64,000 nt of DNA from Longimicrobiales bacterium. GTDB taxonomy: Bacteria > Gemmatimonadota > Gemmatimonadetes > Longimicrobiales > Gaopeijiaceae. Below are positions 51,739 through 61,609 of the stretch, in pieces. How positions within the stretch are numbered: position 1 is the first letter of the stretch; every line of letters starts with the position of its first letter. Position numbers and translations under genes: made by a program. The notes beneath the pieces were generated by a model that had not been told where the DNA came from, did not search any database, and saw only the letters and a list, made by a program, of their open reading frames with translations. Where the stretch lies: NCBI GenBank assembly GCA_965219445.1, contig CBDCNQ010000002.1:288001-352000 (forward strand). The letters run 5' to 3'.

Positions 51739-51796
51739 CCCTCGCCAGCCCCTGCCGGGGACCCGCGAAGCGTGGCCCCAAAGGGTAGGCTGGCTC
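51739..51796 (+). repeat. oriT-like sequence, copy A
   Basis: 50 bp (51739-51788) exactly reverse-complementary to 58858-58907, then CTGGCTC; internal hairpin; next to a mobC remnant. Confidence 0.7.
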
Positions 51797-51885
51797 CTGA
51801 CTGCTAACGGGTCATGAGCCAGCCTTCGCGCCCCCGCTCTTCAGCGCCTGACGGACTCGTCCGCCTGCGCTGCGAGCGCGGCGGA

Positions 51886-52260
51886 TCAGCGGGCCGGTTC
51901 GGCCTCCGGGTCCCGACGCTCGCCCGCGAGATAGGCCGCCCAATCGTCCATGAGCCGACGCCGACGCTTGAACAGATCCGTGCGCCGATAGGCCGCCTCG
52001 ACGACCTCGCGCGGATGATCCGTCTATTCCGCCGCCCAGTCCCGGAACGACGACCGGAAGCCGTGCGGCACGGCCGGGATCTTCAGGTCCCCGAGCAGTC
52101 GCGACAGCGCCATGCCCGTGAGTGGCTTTCCGTGCACGCTCGGAAACACGAGCGGGCTTTCGTCCCCGGCCACGCGCGCTTCCTCCAGGATCTCTAGAGC
52201 ACGCCGACACAGCGGGACCCAGTGCTCACGGTTCGCCTTCGTGCGCAGGGCCGGGATTCC
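51886..52260 (-). pseudogene. tyrosine integrase C-terminal remnant with an internal stop
   Basis: IPALRTKANREHWVPL..PHGFRSSFRDWAAE*TDHPREVVEAAYRRTDLFKRRRRLMDDWAAYL; LAH segment deleted. Confidence 0.88.
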
Positions 52261-52544
52261 GTACAACAGGAGTAGCCGTCCATGGGCCTGAGAGAGACCG
52301 TGCGTGCCGTCGCCAACTGAGAGGGCACAGTCTCACGGGTGAGTAGGCGCCGGTTGAGTCACCCGGGGAATTCTGGTATCAATACGGCGAGGAGTATTCC
52401 TACGGTGACGAGGGCCACCGAGAATAGCCAACGCAATGATCACGGCTAATACAGTCCGAACTCGATAGGAAGGCCCAGCGTGGGTCCCACGTCTCTTGAT
52501 TCCGAGGACAACCGGGTAGTGGGCACATTCCATTCATACGCCAC

Positions 52545-52730
52545 ATGAAGATCATCCAGAATATCGCAGGCGTCTTGCTCGTCCTGATGGGCGGGATCTG
52601 GTTCCTCCAAGGCATTGGGGTCTTGCCCGGTAGCTTTATGAGCGGTCAGGTGAAGTGGGTGGTCTACGGTGGAGTCGCTGCGGTAAGCGGCCTAGTCTTG
52701 CTCATCATCGCAAATCGCCGACGGCGTTAA
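52545..52730 (+). CDS. small two-TM membrane protein
   Basis: GGIWFLQGIGVLPGSFMSGQ motif between two hydrophobic helices; basic tail. Confidence 0.75.
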   Translation: MKIIQNIAGVLLVLMGGIWFLQGIGVLPGSFMSGQVKWVVYGGVAAVSGLVLLIIANRRRR

Positions 52731-53537
52731 GCTTCGTAACTCCCGCACCACCCTGATCGTCACCGGCTCGTCCAGCTCCCCGCCGGCCGAGCTTCGACTC
52801 ACTTAGAAGCACCCTCCAGGGCGGCATCCGGTCGCGCTCAGCCGGGCGCCGCAGTGCATGAGCGGGTCCTCATAGGCCGCGTCTCGACCCGTAACCGCCA
52901 TGGAGACGCTGACGAAGCACTTTGAATCGCGAGTGGCCAGGGACGTCGAGGGCAACTGGTAAACTGGGACTGAGGGCAAGGCGTCCTCAGAGATATGTGG
53001 GTCGAAACCGAAGAGGACTACCGGGGCAAGATCCAATGGGACGCGGGGTGGGAAACCTCGGCGCACCCCCGCTCCGGCAAGACATTTCCGAGAAATAGTT
53101 TGAAGGACCACGGCCTCGGTCTGAATCGCTCTGTTGGCATAGGCAAATTATGTCACAGCCATAACATATTTGGGCTATTTACGTGACCCTTGGGACGGGT
53201 TAAGCATGCCTCCATTCGGAGGTTGCCGGACTGTTATGCGCAATACCGTTAGGCAGCACCAGACTCGATCCAGTCTGACGTGACACCCGGAGGTAATTTT
53301 CTGGGGATGCGAACGCTGTCGGCTCGCGCGACAGGAGCGGCCTCGAGGACGGGACTCGGGCGGCTGAGCCACGATCCTTCACGCCGTACCGTTGCCGGCA
53401 TTGCCCGACGCCGAGCTTCTCGGCGGTCCCGAAGTCGCCTGCTCTGGCCGGTGCGTAGACGACAGCCCTCCGCTGTGGAATCAGTGATCGACATCGTGGA
53501 ATAGGTGATCGGGAATACGGAGGGGGGGGACCTTCCG

Positions 53538-56180
53538 TTAGTCGATCAAGACCGCTTCTTCGACCAACCGGCGCTGCTCGCGTTTGTGACTTCCCGGCGA
53601 TCCTGTCGCCGGACTGGCCGACTCTGGGCGGCAGACGACGCGTGAGAACGATCCGGGAAACCGCATTTGGAGGTGCGTCCAAGCGCCCATGTTCCTCGGC
53701 TCCTCCTGCGCCCACCAGACTTCCGCGTCGCCGAACGGCGCCAAGGCATCATTGATCGTTTCGAGGCTGAGGGGATAGAGTTGCTCGAAGCGGATGATGG
53801 CCAAGTCCTGTCGCTCGGCCTCGTCCCGAGCTGCCCTTAGGTCGTAGTAGAGCTTGCCGCTACAGGCCAACACGCGCCTAACCCCGCTCGGCTCGACCTG
53901 CGGATCGCCCAGAATCCTTTGAAAGCGCCCTTCCGACAGCTCGTCTAGGCCGGACAAAACCTGACGATGACGCAACAGACTCTTTGGTGACATCACAATC
54001 AGCGGCTTGCGCCACGGACGAACCATCTGGCGGCGTAAGAGGTGGAAGTATTGCGCCGGTGTGGTTGGATTGACGATTTGGATGTTGTCCTCGGCCGCCA
54101 GTTGCAGGAACCGTTCAAGCTTAGCGCTCGAATGCTCCGGGCCCTGGCCCTCGAATCCATGGGGTAGCAGCATTACCAATCCGCTCCACAAGGTCCACTT
54201 GTCCTCACCGCTGGAAATGAATTGGTCGATGATCACCTGGGCGGCATTGACGAAGTCCCCGAACTGCGCCTCCCAAATGATCAGGCCGTCCGGGAATTCT
54301 AGGCTGTATCCGTATTCGAAGCCCAGCGGGCCGGCTTCCGAGAGCGGGCTATTGTGAATCTCGAACGTACCCTGGCGTGGGGAGAGGTGCTGGAGCGAAA
54401 CGTACGGGAATCCCGTTTCGGCATCGCGCACTACAGCGTGCCTGTGGGCGAACGTGCCGCGCTCGCAGTCCTGGCCCGTCACACGCACGCGAAACCCTTC
54501 GAGCAGCAGGCTTCCAAGCGCCAGCGCCTCAGCACCCGCCCAGTTGACCGGTCGCTTGCCGTCGGCCATTTCGGTGCGCTGCCCGAGCAAGCGGACGATA
54601 CGTCGATTGGGAACGATCTCCTCCGGCGTCTTGCCTAACTTCTGCAAGATTGCCCTGAGGCGATCCGCGGGCACGCCGGTATCGACTTCGGGAACTTGTG
54701 TGTCCGCGCCGAGGTTATAGCCTGACCAATCGCCCGTCACCTGATCGCCGACGTAGATGTAGTCCTTGCTTCTCGCCGAAGCCAATTCCTTCTCAAGGTG
54801 TTCGCGCCGCTCGATCGTGATCCGCTCAGCTTGCTCCTCGGCAATTCCGCCTTGGCGCAGGAGGTGGTGCAGGTAGGCTTCTCGAACCGGTTTGCGCCGC
54901 TCGATGGCCTGATACAGCAGCGGCTGCGTGAAGCGGGGATCGTCAAGCTCGTTATGGCCGCGCCTCCGGTAGCCGTACATATCGATCACGACGTCGCGCT
55001 GATACTCGTTTCGAAAGTCGACCGCAAGTCGGACAACCTGGGCCGTTGCTTCAGGGTCTTCTCCGTTCACGTGCAGGATGGGCACCTGCAGCATCTTCGC
55101 TATGCCACTGGCGTAGATTGCTGAGCGCGCTTGCCACTGGGTCGTCGTGAATCCGATTTGGTTGTTGATGATTATGTGAACCGTGCCGCCGACAGAGTAG
55201 CCCGACAACTGGCTCATGTTGAGTGTTTCCTGCACGACGCCTTCTCCTGCGAAGGCGGCGTCGCCGTGGAGCAGAATGCACAGGCCATGCCTTCGCTCAG
55301 TGTCACCTTTCCGGTCCTGCCGGGCTCGCAGGCGGCCGACGGCGACGGGATTGACGAATTCGAGGTGGCTCGGATTAAAACACAGGGAAAGCCGGAGGCC
55401 CCCGCCTTGGGAGCTCGTCCATCTCGTCTGGTAGCCGAGATGGTATTTCACGTCCCCCCGCCCTTCGTAATGCACGTGATCCGCATCGGCGAATTCACGG
55501 AAAATTTCCTGGGCGTTCTTACCGATGACGTTGGTGAGGACGCTGAGGCGGCCGCGGTGCGCCATGCCCATAACGATATCGTTGACTCCCTGCCGGCAAG
55601 CTCGTTCGAACAGCAAGTCGAGTAGCGGGATCAAGGTCTCGCAGCCTTCCAGCGAAAAGCTTTTTGAGCCGAGGAATCTCTTTTGGATGAATTCCTCAAA
55701 GATGGTGGCGTCGGTCAGCTTGGTCAGGATTCGCAACTTGCGTGCTAATGAGAGGTTGACACGATTGCCGACGGGTTCCATCCGCTGCTGGAGCCACTCG
55801 CGTACTTCCACGTCGTCGATGTGCATGAATTGCACGCCGATCGAACGCGTGTAGGTCTCACGGAGCCGTTCGATGACTTCGCGAGGGGTGTCCAGCCCGC
55901 AGCCCGAGAGCGTCTTCGGCGAGATCTTCCTGTCCATGTCTTGCGAACGGAGGCCGTAGTAGTCCGGATCCAATTCGGGGCTCATGCCGGGGGCGATCTC
56001 CAACGGATCAATGCGGGCGTCCCTATGGCCCTGGACCCGGTAGGCCCTGACGAAGTTGTCGAGGCGGTGCTGGAGGTCCACGTCGACGGCGAACTCTTCT
56101 CTTGGATGCTGCTGGTCAGTTGCTTCGTTCACGGGCCCTTCGATAGATACGCCACCCAGTCCGGCACTCCGACCTGACAA
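53538..56180 (-). CDS. sucA: 2-oxoglutarate dehydrogenase E1 (N-terminus appears degraded)
   Basis: GMAHRGRL, GDVKYHLG, NPSHLE, HGDAAFAGEG, WEAQFGDF, GQGPEHSS, QEEPRNMG. Confidence 0.93.
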   Translation of the reverse strand: MSGRSAGLGGVSIEGPVNEATDQQHPREEFAVDVDLQHRLDNFVRAYRVQGHRDARIDPLEIAPGMSPELDPDYYGLRSQDMDRKISPKTLSGCGLDTPREVIERLRETYTRSIGVQFMHIDDVEVREWLQQRMEPVGNRVNLSLARKLRILTKLTDATIFEEFIQKRFLGSKSFSLEGCETLIPLLDLLFERACRQGVNDIVMGMAHRGRLSVLTNVIGKNAQEIFREFADADHVHYEGRGDVKYHLGYQTRWTSSQGGGLRLSLCFNPSHLEFVNPVAVGRLRARQDRKGDTERRHGLCILLHGDAAFAGEGVVQETLNMSQLSGYSVGGTVHIIINNQIGFTTTQWQARSAIYASGIAKMLQVPILHVNGEDPEATAQVVRLAVDFRNEYQRDVVIDMYGYRRRGHNELDDPRFTQPLLYQAIERRKPVREAYLHHLLRQGGIAEEQAERITIERREHLEKELASARSKDYIYVGDQVTGDWSGYNLGADTQVPEVDTGVPADRLRAILQKLGKTPEEIVPNRRIVRLLGQRTEMADGKRPVNWAGAEALALGSLLLEGFRVRVTGQDCERGTFAHRHAVVRDAETGFPYVSLQHLSPRQGTFEIHNSPLSEAGPLGFEYGYSLEFPDGLIIWEAQFGDFVNAAQVIIDQFISSGEDKWTLWSGLVMLLPHGFEGQGPEHSSAKLERFLQLAAEDNIQIVNPTTPAQYFHLLRRQMVRPWRKPLIVMSPKSLLRHRQVLSGLDELSEGRFQRILGDPQVEPSGVRRVLACSGKLYYDLRAARDEAERQDLAIIRFEQLYPLSLETINDALAPFGDAEVWWAQEEPRNMGAWTHLQMRFPGSFSRVVCRPESASPATGSPGSHKREQRRLVEEAVLID

Positions 56181-56412
56181 AGAACTCGCTGCAAGGCATC
56201 CGGGTCGGTCAAGTAGGTCGGCGAACGGCTCCTCGACGACTGCATGGTTGCAAGTTGGCCACCCTCACCAGCGAGGATAGCCTGTGCGTTGCGATGAATC
56301 CAGTTGCAAAAACTCAGACTCCACCTGCAGCCGGCCATGGGTGGTGTGGTAGGTGAGCGATCGGCTCAAGCGGCCCCAAGCTCGTGGCTAAGCCAAAGTG
56401 GGCTCGTCGGGT

Positions 56413-56433
56413 TGACCTGACCCCCTGAAACGA
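56413..56433 (+). mobile_element. solo IS3 terminal inverted-repeat fragment
   Basis: TGACCTGACCCCCTGAAACGA is the exact reverse complement of 62617-62637. Confidence 0.8.
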
Positions 56434-56760
56434 GAGGATGCCCTCCAGCGCGTCGACATCGAGCCGAGCGGCGAACGCGGCGTACTCGAGCGCCTGCGCG
56501 ACCACGTCCCGCGGCGTGCGGTCCCGTTTCAACTCGATCACGACTGCATTCCCCTCGCGATCTACCCCAAGCAGGTCGATGCATGCCCCGAGGTCGGTTG
56601 GGACCTGGCGCCCGATGATCAGAATCTGTCCATCTTCAAGAATCCCGTCGGGGTTGGACTCCAGCCACTCCTCAAGGACGGATTCCTCATGATCCACCTT
56701 GAACGGCAACTGCTCGTACTCGGTGAATTCGCCGTCAGATCCAATGTTAAAGACTCTCAT
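56434..56760 (-). pseudogene. NucS/DUF91-like PD-(D/E)XK endonuclease, C-terminally truncated
   Basis: ESVLEEWL, IIGRQV, IDLLGVD, VIELKRD, AQALEYA; GGAGG RBS; runs into the IS end fragment. Confidence 0.8.
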
Positions 56761-57280
56761 GTTGGGGCTGCCTCCTTCGTCGCCCGGACGATCAAGTTAG
56801 CCAATGAGCCGTAGGGGCGAACCCCAAACCTCCTTCTCACCAAGATCGGGCAGCCCTGGAATTTCGCCGTAGGACCTGCCGTGCTCGCCTTTGGAAAAAC
56901 CGTCTTCTAGCCTCATCCGCCCGCCTCGTATTGCTAGGTGTTCGTGCTTCGCCGCCGACCACGGACGTAAGCGGCGTTTAGGATCTCGGGAGGGTCGCCT
57001 CGGCAGCCGTAATCGGCCACCCTGCGACGTTCTATAGCAGTGCCGAGATGAGCGATCCCGAACTCGCCCGTGCCCTCGGCGGGGACGCCGACAGTGACTG
57101 GGGCTGAGCCTACAGAGGGGGCCGACTTGGAGATAGAATTGCGGACAGCCAGCTTAGATGGAACAGTGGGTGGAGGTGCCGGGCCAGCGCGAGGGGGAGA
57201 ATCGAACGGCGCACCGATCCGTTGATTCGCTGGCCTCTCTATCGGTCCTCAACAGCCTTCCCGCTAGGGATCATTGGAAC

Positions 57281-57409
57281 GGGAGCGACCCCTGGAGGGC
57301 GGGGGCTGGGTGTGAAAACACACCTAGCTCCAAGCCCGTACCAGGCCCTCGGCCTGGGGGGTCGCTCCCTTCCCGGTCGGTGCTGCCCCGTTCGGGGCAG
57401 CCGGCCGGG
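57281..57409 (+). other. highly structured non-coding element
   Basis: 12-bp closing stem, 13-bp and 7-bp inner hairpins, then a long hairpin at 57372-57409. Confidence 0.6.
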
Positions 57410-57543
57410 CCGCGCCGTGCGCAACTGCAAGCAGGCACAAGGGATAGCAAGCCATGACCGTGTGAATCGCGACCGGGGCCATGTGTGCATCGACCCCTGA
57501 CGTGTCTTGCACATCGTAGTCCTGGCGTGGCGCGTCGGCTTCC

Positions 57544-58797
57544 TCATCGGAACCGCGCCCGCGCGAGCCGGGCCGACTGCCATGTGGCGGTGCGGTGGAT
57601 CAGCCCCCGGCCTGCCTGCCTGCGATCCCGCTCCTTCAGCGCGATCATTCGCCTGAGTCCGCCCTGGATATCGCCGCAAACCTCCTTGAGCAACCGGACA
57701 TCCCCCTGACGAATGGCGTGCTCGATCCGGGCGATCTCGAGGCTGACCTCCATGTCGAATTCGGATGGGCGTGGGTCTCGAGCCCAGTTATCGAGCGTCG
57801 TCCCGGCCCGGTTCAACTCCTCCCAGGTCCGGGCGACAGCGACGACTTCGATCCTGCGCCCGCGTTCCCTGATCGCCTTCCAGAGCTCGCGGTGCGCCGC
57901 ACCCCAGGAGCGGAGTGCCGTCGCGGTCTCGTAGCCCGGATCGACGTACACGAACACGGCACGCTCGGCGTCCAGCGCGACCGGCAGTTTGAGCGGGAAG
58001 TGGCGCCGGGTGTTCCCGGCCGCTCCCCGATAGACTCGCCGGGGCAGGAGTCGGCGTTCGATGCCGAGCGCCTCGAACGCCCGAACCTTCTCCGGCTCGG
58101 TCGGTAGCCACGGCAAGTCGGGATGCTCGAGCACATAGTCGAGCGAGAGGAGGCGCCGCATCAGCACTTCCGTAGAGGCGATCCGGCGGTGGCGGATGTC
58201 CTCGGCGCCGAGCGCCCGGTAGATCCCGCGCCCGAAGATCCGGCACACGCGGCCGATGCCGCTGATGCCGCTCACGTTCTCTTCGACAGCCACGCCCTGC
58301 GCGATGAGGGCATGGACGGCGCGCCGCACCTTCTCGGTGTGACAACCCAGGAACCTCGTCCACTGCGCCCGGGTGAAGACGCCACTGTGGAGGCAGGCCA
58401 GGGCCGGGTTCTCGCCCGTGCTCTGCACCGCCGCGATGTTGGCCCACATGTGGGCGAGCAGAAGGTCCCTCGGCACGCCCGAGCCGGTGAAGTATGCTGT
58501 CGCCAGGAACGCTTGCGCCCCAACATCGCCCTTCCTGGCGCACTCATGATTCCCGGCAATATCATCCGGACCGGCGCGGCAAAAATCCTGCCCCGAGACC
58601 TCGGAAGCGGGGGCCAGGATCAGGGCGGCGAGAACCGCTAACGGCGACACCCTGTGGAGGCTCACGGCTTCGCCGCTCGCTTCTGACACCCGGAGCCCTT
58701 GGGAGAAACTTTTCAACATCCTACACACCTTCCACGGCGAGCCCTCTAACGGGGGTATTATCTGTGTTGGCTTCGTTTCACACTTTGAGAATGCCAT
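57544..58797 (-). CDS. chimeric ORF: signal peptide + single Sel1 repeat fused to a mobile-element hypothetical protein (start uncertain)
   Basis: LAVLAALILAP..Q signal; GDVGAQAFLATAYFTGSGVPRDLLLAHMW; abrupt switch near 58410 to ALACLHSGVFTRAQW..LLSLDYVL..WLPTE. Confidence 0.6.
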   Translation of the reverse strand: MAFSKCETKPTQIIPPLEGSPWKVCRMLKSFSQGLRVSEASGEAVSLHRVSPLAVLAALILAPASEVSGQDFCRAGPDDIAGNHECARKGDVGAQAFLATAYFTGSGVPRDLLLAHMWANIAAVQSTGENPALACLHSGVFTRAQWTRFLGCHTEKVRRAVHALIAQGVAVEENVSGISGIGRVCRIFGRGIYRALGAEDIRHRRIASTEVLMRRLLSLDYVLEHPDLPWLPTEPEKVRAFEALGIERRLLPRRVYRGAAGNTRRHFPLKLPVALDAERAVFVYVDPGYETATALRSWGAAHRELWKAIRERGRRIEVVAVARTWEELNRAGTTLDNWARDPRPSEFDMEVSLEIARIEHAIRQGDVRLLKEVCGDIQGGLRRMIALKERDRRQAGRGLIHRTATWQSARLARARFR

Positions 58798-58849
58798 AGC
58801 AGCTTCGACGGCGTCCGCACCCGGAGTCTGGTACGCCGTTACGTAGTGA

Positions 58850-58907
58850 GAGCCAGGCTACCCTTTGGGGCCACGCTTCGCGGGTCCCCGGCAGGGGCTG
58901 GCGAGGG
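58850..58907 (-). repeat. oriT-like sequence, copy B
   Basis: Inverted copy of 51739-51796 (57 of 58 identical), 40 bp upstream of mobC. Confidence 0.7.
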
Positions 58908-58947
58908 GCTGTGCCCCCTCTGACCCCCCCAACGGCAACGGCATATC

Positions 58948-59322
58948 GTGGGCGCTGGACGCGACGTGTGGGTGAAGATCCGCGCCAGCGAGGCGGAGCG
59001 TGCCGAGTGGCACGCCAAGGCCCGCTCCGCAGGGTTAACGCTGTCGGATCTGGTGCGCCGGTCGGTTGGCCGGGTGCGCACCTGGACCGTGGCGCACGCC
59101 GAGGTCGAGCGCGAGCGCACCCGGCAGGTCGCGCGCATCGGCAACAACCTCAACCAGATCGCCCGCTGGGCCAACACCTATGCCTCAGCAGCCGAAGCCG
59201 TCGCCCACCTGGTCCCCGTCGGGCGCCCCGCCCCTCGAAACACCACGGGATCCCGTGCACACTGTGTCATCATGGGAATCGCTCCACGAATCAGGGTAAG
59301 TCACTGCCAATACTACCCTTGA
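58948..59322 (+). CDS. mobC: MobC-family relaxosome accessory protein (C-terminus probably disrupted after about 59200)
   Basis: Ribbon-helix-helix-like N-terminus and ARIGNNLNQIARWAN; no relaxase follows. Confidence 0.85.
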   Translation: MGAGRDVWVKIRASEAERAEWHAKARSAGLTLSDLVRRSVGRVRTWTVAHAEVERERTRQVARIGNNLNQIARWANTYASAAEAVAHLVPVGRPAPRNTTGSRAHCVIMGIAPRIRVSHCQYYP

Positions 59323-59539
59323 CCCATGTAGACGTCCCATCACACGCAGCCCTGGTGAGCGATCCGGGCTAGCCTCCTCGCCAATCTACTTTCCAGGGAA
59401 ATCGGGTGCGGTAAAGGGGTGACGATGGAGGAGCCTGGCGTGAGCATGATCGTCGGGGTTCGCCTCGCCGAGGCTTTCGAGGCCGCGGGGGGTCTGAAAA
59501 GGGGTCGCCAGCGAGACGCGTCCGGTTCTCGGACGCGCG

Positions 59540-61582
59540 TCAGCGTGCCGGAAAGCCGGATCGGCGAGCGGCGAATGCCTCCAGGGCCCGTACATGCGCG
59601 AGGGCGATCCGTCTCTGGACAGCCGGATCTCGGAGGGCGGCTTCCTGCTCCGGGATCATCATGAAGAGCGCCTCAGAGAGGATGGAGGGCATCCAGCTCG
59701 GACGCACGACGGCAAGGTCCGCCCTTTCGATCCCGAGGTCTCTCGTTCCAAGCTCCTCCAGCAATTCCTGCTGGAGGAGTCGAGCGAGTTCCGCCGATGG
59801 AGGGTGGAAGTAGTAAACGCTTGTCCCGTGGTTCGCTCGGGGATCAACGCCGTCGGGGAACGCGTTGTTGTGAACGGACACGAGTAGGTCCCCGCCTGCA
59901 TCGACCGCGATCCGGGGTCGATCGGCGAGCTCGACCGTCTCGTCTCCGGTCCTCGTCAGGATCACGTCGGCGCCCCTCTCCTCCAGGAAGTCCCTCAGGG
60001 CGAGGGAGACCGCGAGATTCGCGTCCGCCTCGGCGAGCCCGGTCGGCCCTCGCGTGGCGCGGTAGGCGCCCCCGTGTCCCGGATCCACGACCACGCGGAG
60101 GCCTCGCAGCGGCGCAGACGGATCGATCCCGGGAGGTCGGCGGATCCGGAGCACCACGGCTCCCGACGCATCGAAGAACGCCTCGTAGCCCCACACGGGC
60201 GCGTTCAGCCGCACGCTCACGCGGTAGACCTGGTCAGACGGCTGGCTCCACTCCGCCCGTTCGACGAGAGGGTCCATCTGCCCGTACTGGAAGAAGTTCG
60301 TGCGGCTGACAGCCCCGAAGACCTCCAGGTGGAGAACGCGCTCTTCGGCCACGACCTGAAAGGGGAGGCGCTCGGGCAGGGGGATTCGGACGTCGATGTG
60401 CCCGGGCTCCGGATAGAGGCGGACGTCCCCGACGAAGGCGCTGGGAGGAGGGGTCCCCTCCGCGAGCAGGTGGACCTCGCACGCAGGCACCCACGCGGAG
60501 CGGTTTGGCGCCAGGCCGACCCGCAGCATTCCGTCGCGTTCACCGGTGATCTTGAGAACCGTCCCCTCGGGCCAGAAAAAGTGGTAGGGTCCGGCGACAT
60601 CGTTCCGACCCCGAACCCGCCACTCCGAGGGCGCGTCCGGAGGCGGAAAGGCGGCGGCCACCCGAGGGCGCTCGGGCGAGAGGATGGCCAGGTTTAGGCG
60701 GAGAGGGGTCCTGACCGTGTCCGCTCCCAGGATCAGCTCGAAGCGGGCTCCCTCGGCCTCGGGAGGGAGCCCGCCCACGGTGGGCCGCGGAACCTCCGCG
60801 TCTGCCGCCACCACGGCCCGCGCGGGGAGCACCCCCTCGTAGCGGACCGTCGCCCTCTGCGGAGCGGGCCGGGCCTCCGGGCGCTGGGCGACCAGCGCCC
60901 CGCCGGTGTCCGCGGCTACATCGAGCGCTCCCGCCTCGACCAGGCGGATGCGGTCGCCCCCCGAAAAGACCAGCCAAGCATCACCCCCCGGGGTGCCCCG
61001 GAAGCCGACCTCGATCGGCTCCCCGGGCCCCGCCGCGGAGGATCCGGAAGGGTAGCCGGACCCCGCCATGATCGCGAGACCCTCCAGAGGCGGGGACGGG
61101 GAAGGGGGGAGGCGGACCGTGCGCTCGAGCGTCGCGGTCACGCCGTCCCGTTCGGCGACGAGCCGGTAAACTCCGTCCGGGGGAACCGGCAGGAAGGCAA
61201 GGAATCCCCCGTTGGAAGCGACCTCCACAGGTGCCCCGTTGACGGTCAGCCGGGCCCTTCCGGAACCCGTCGAGCCGAAGAGGAAGTTTCGGTCGCGCAC
61301 GGCGAGGGCGGCGCCCTCCGCCGGGTAGCCGACCTCGAGGCTCACATCGCCGTCCGCGAAGGGGATCGGCGGAAGCGAGGGGACGCGCTCCGCCCCCGCC
61401 GTGCCCGGCACCGGGAACGGGGGCATTCTCCCGGCTCCTCCTCCCATGGCCTCCGGCATCGCTGCCGTACAGGCCGGGAGGGCGACGGCCCCGAGGCAGG
61501 CGCACGCAAGGGCGAGGCGGGAGAACCGCCGGGGAGCGGGGCCCTTCGGGCCGGTTCGAGCCATTCGCCTCGCGTCATGCAT
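59540..61582 (-). CDS. N-acetylmuramoyl-L-alanine amidase, putative lipoprotein
   Basis: LPAC lipobox-like; Amidase_3 motifs VVDPGHGG, EADANL, LTR, VSVHNNA, PSILSE. Confidence 0.92.
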   Translation of the reverse strand: MHDARRMARTGPKGPAPRRFSRLALACACLGAVALPACTAAMPEAMGGGAGRMPPFPVPGTAGAERVPSLPPIPFADGDVSLEVGYPAEGAALAVRDRNFLFGSTGSGRARLTVNGAPVEVASNGGFLAFLPVPPDGVYRLVAERDGVTATLERTVRLPPSPSPPLEGLAIMAGSGYPSGSSAAGPGEPIEVGFRGTPGGDAWLVFSGGDRIRLVEAGALDVAADTGGALVAQRPEARPAPQRATVRYEGVLPARAVVAADAEVPRPTVGGLPPEAEGARFELILGADTVRTPLRLNLAILSPERPRVAAAFPPPDAPSEWRVRGRNDVAGPYHFFWPEGTVLKITGERDGMLRVGLAPNRSAWVPACEVHLLAEGTPPPSAFVGDVRLYPEPGHIDVRIPLPERLPFQVVAEERVLHLEVFGAVSRTNFFQYGQMDPLVERAEWSQPSDQVYRVSVRLNAPVWGYEAFFDASGAVVLRIRRPPGIDPSAPLRGLRVVVDPGHGGAYRATRGPTGLAEADANLAVSLALRDFLEERGADVILTRTGDETVELADRPRIAVDAGGDLLVSVHNNAFPDGVDPRANHGTSVYYFHPPSAELARLLQQELLEELGTRDLGIERADLAVVRPSWMPSILSEALFMMIPEQEAALRDPAVQRRIALAHVRALEAFAARRSGFPAR

Positions 61583-61609
61583 GCCTGGAGTCCCTCCGTT
61601 TCCGCCCGC

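Noticed and set aside
52803..53530. Short ORFs between the small membrane gene and sucA
   Set aside because: No recognisable motifs or convincing RBS; possibly gene debris but unassignable.
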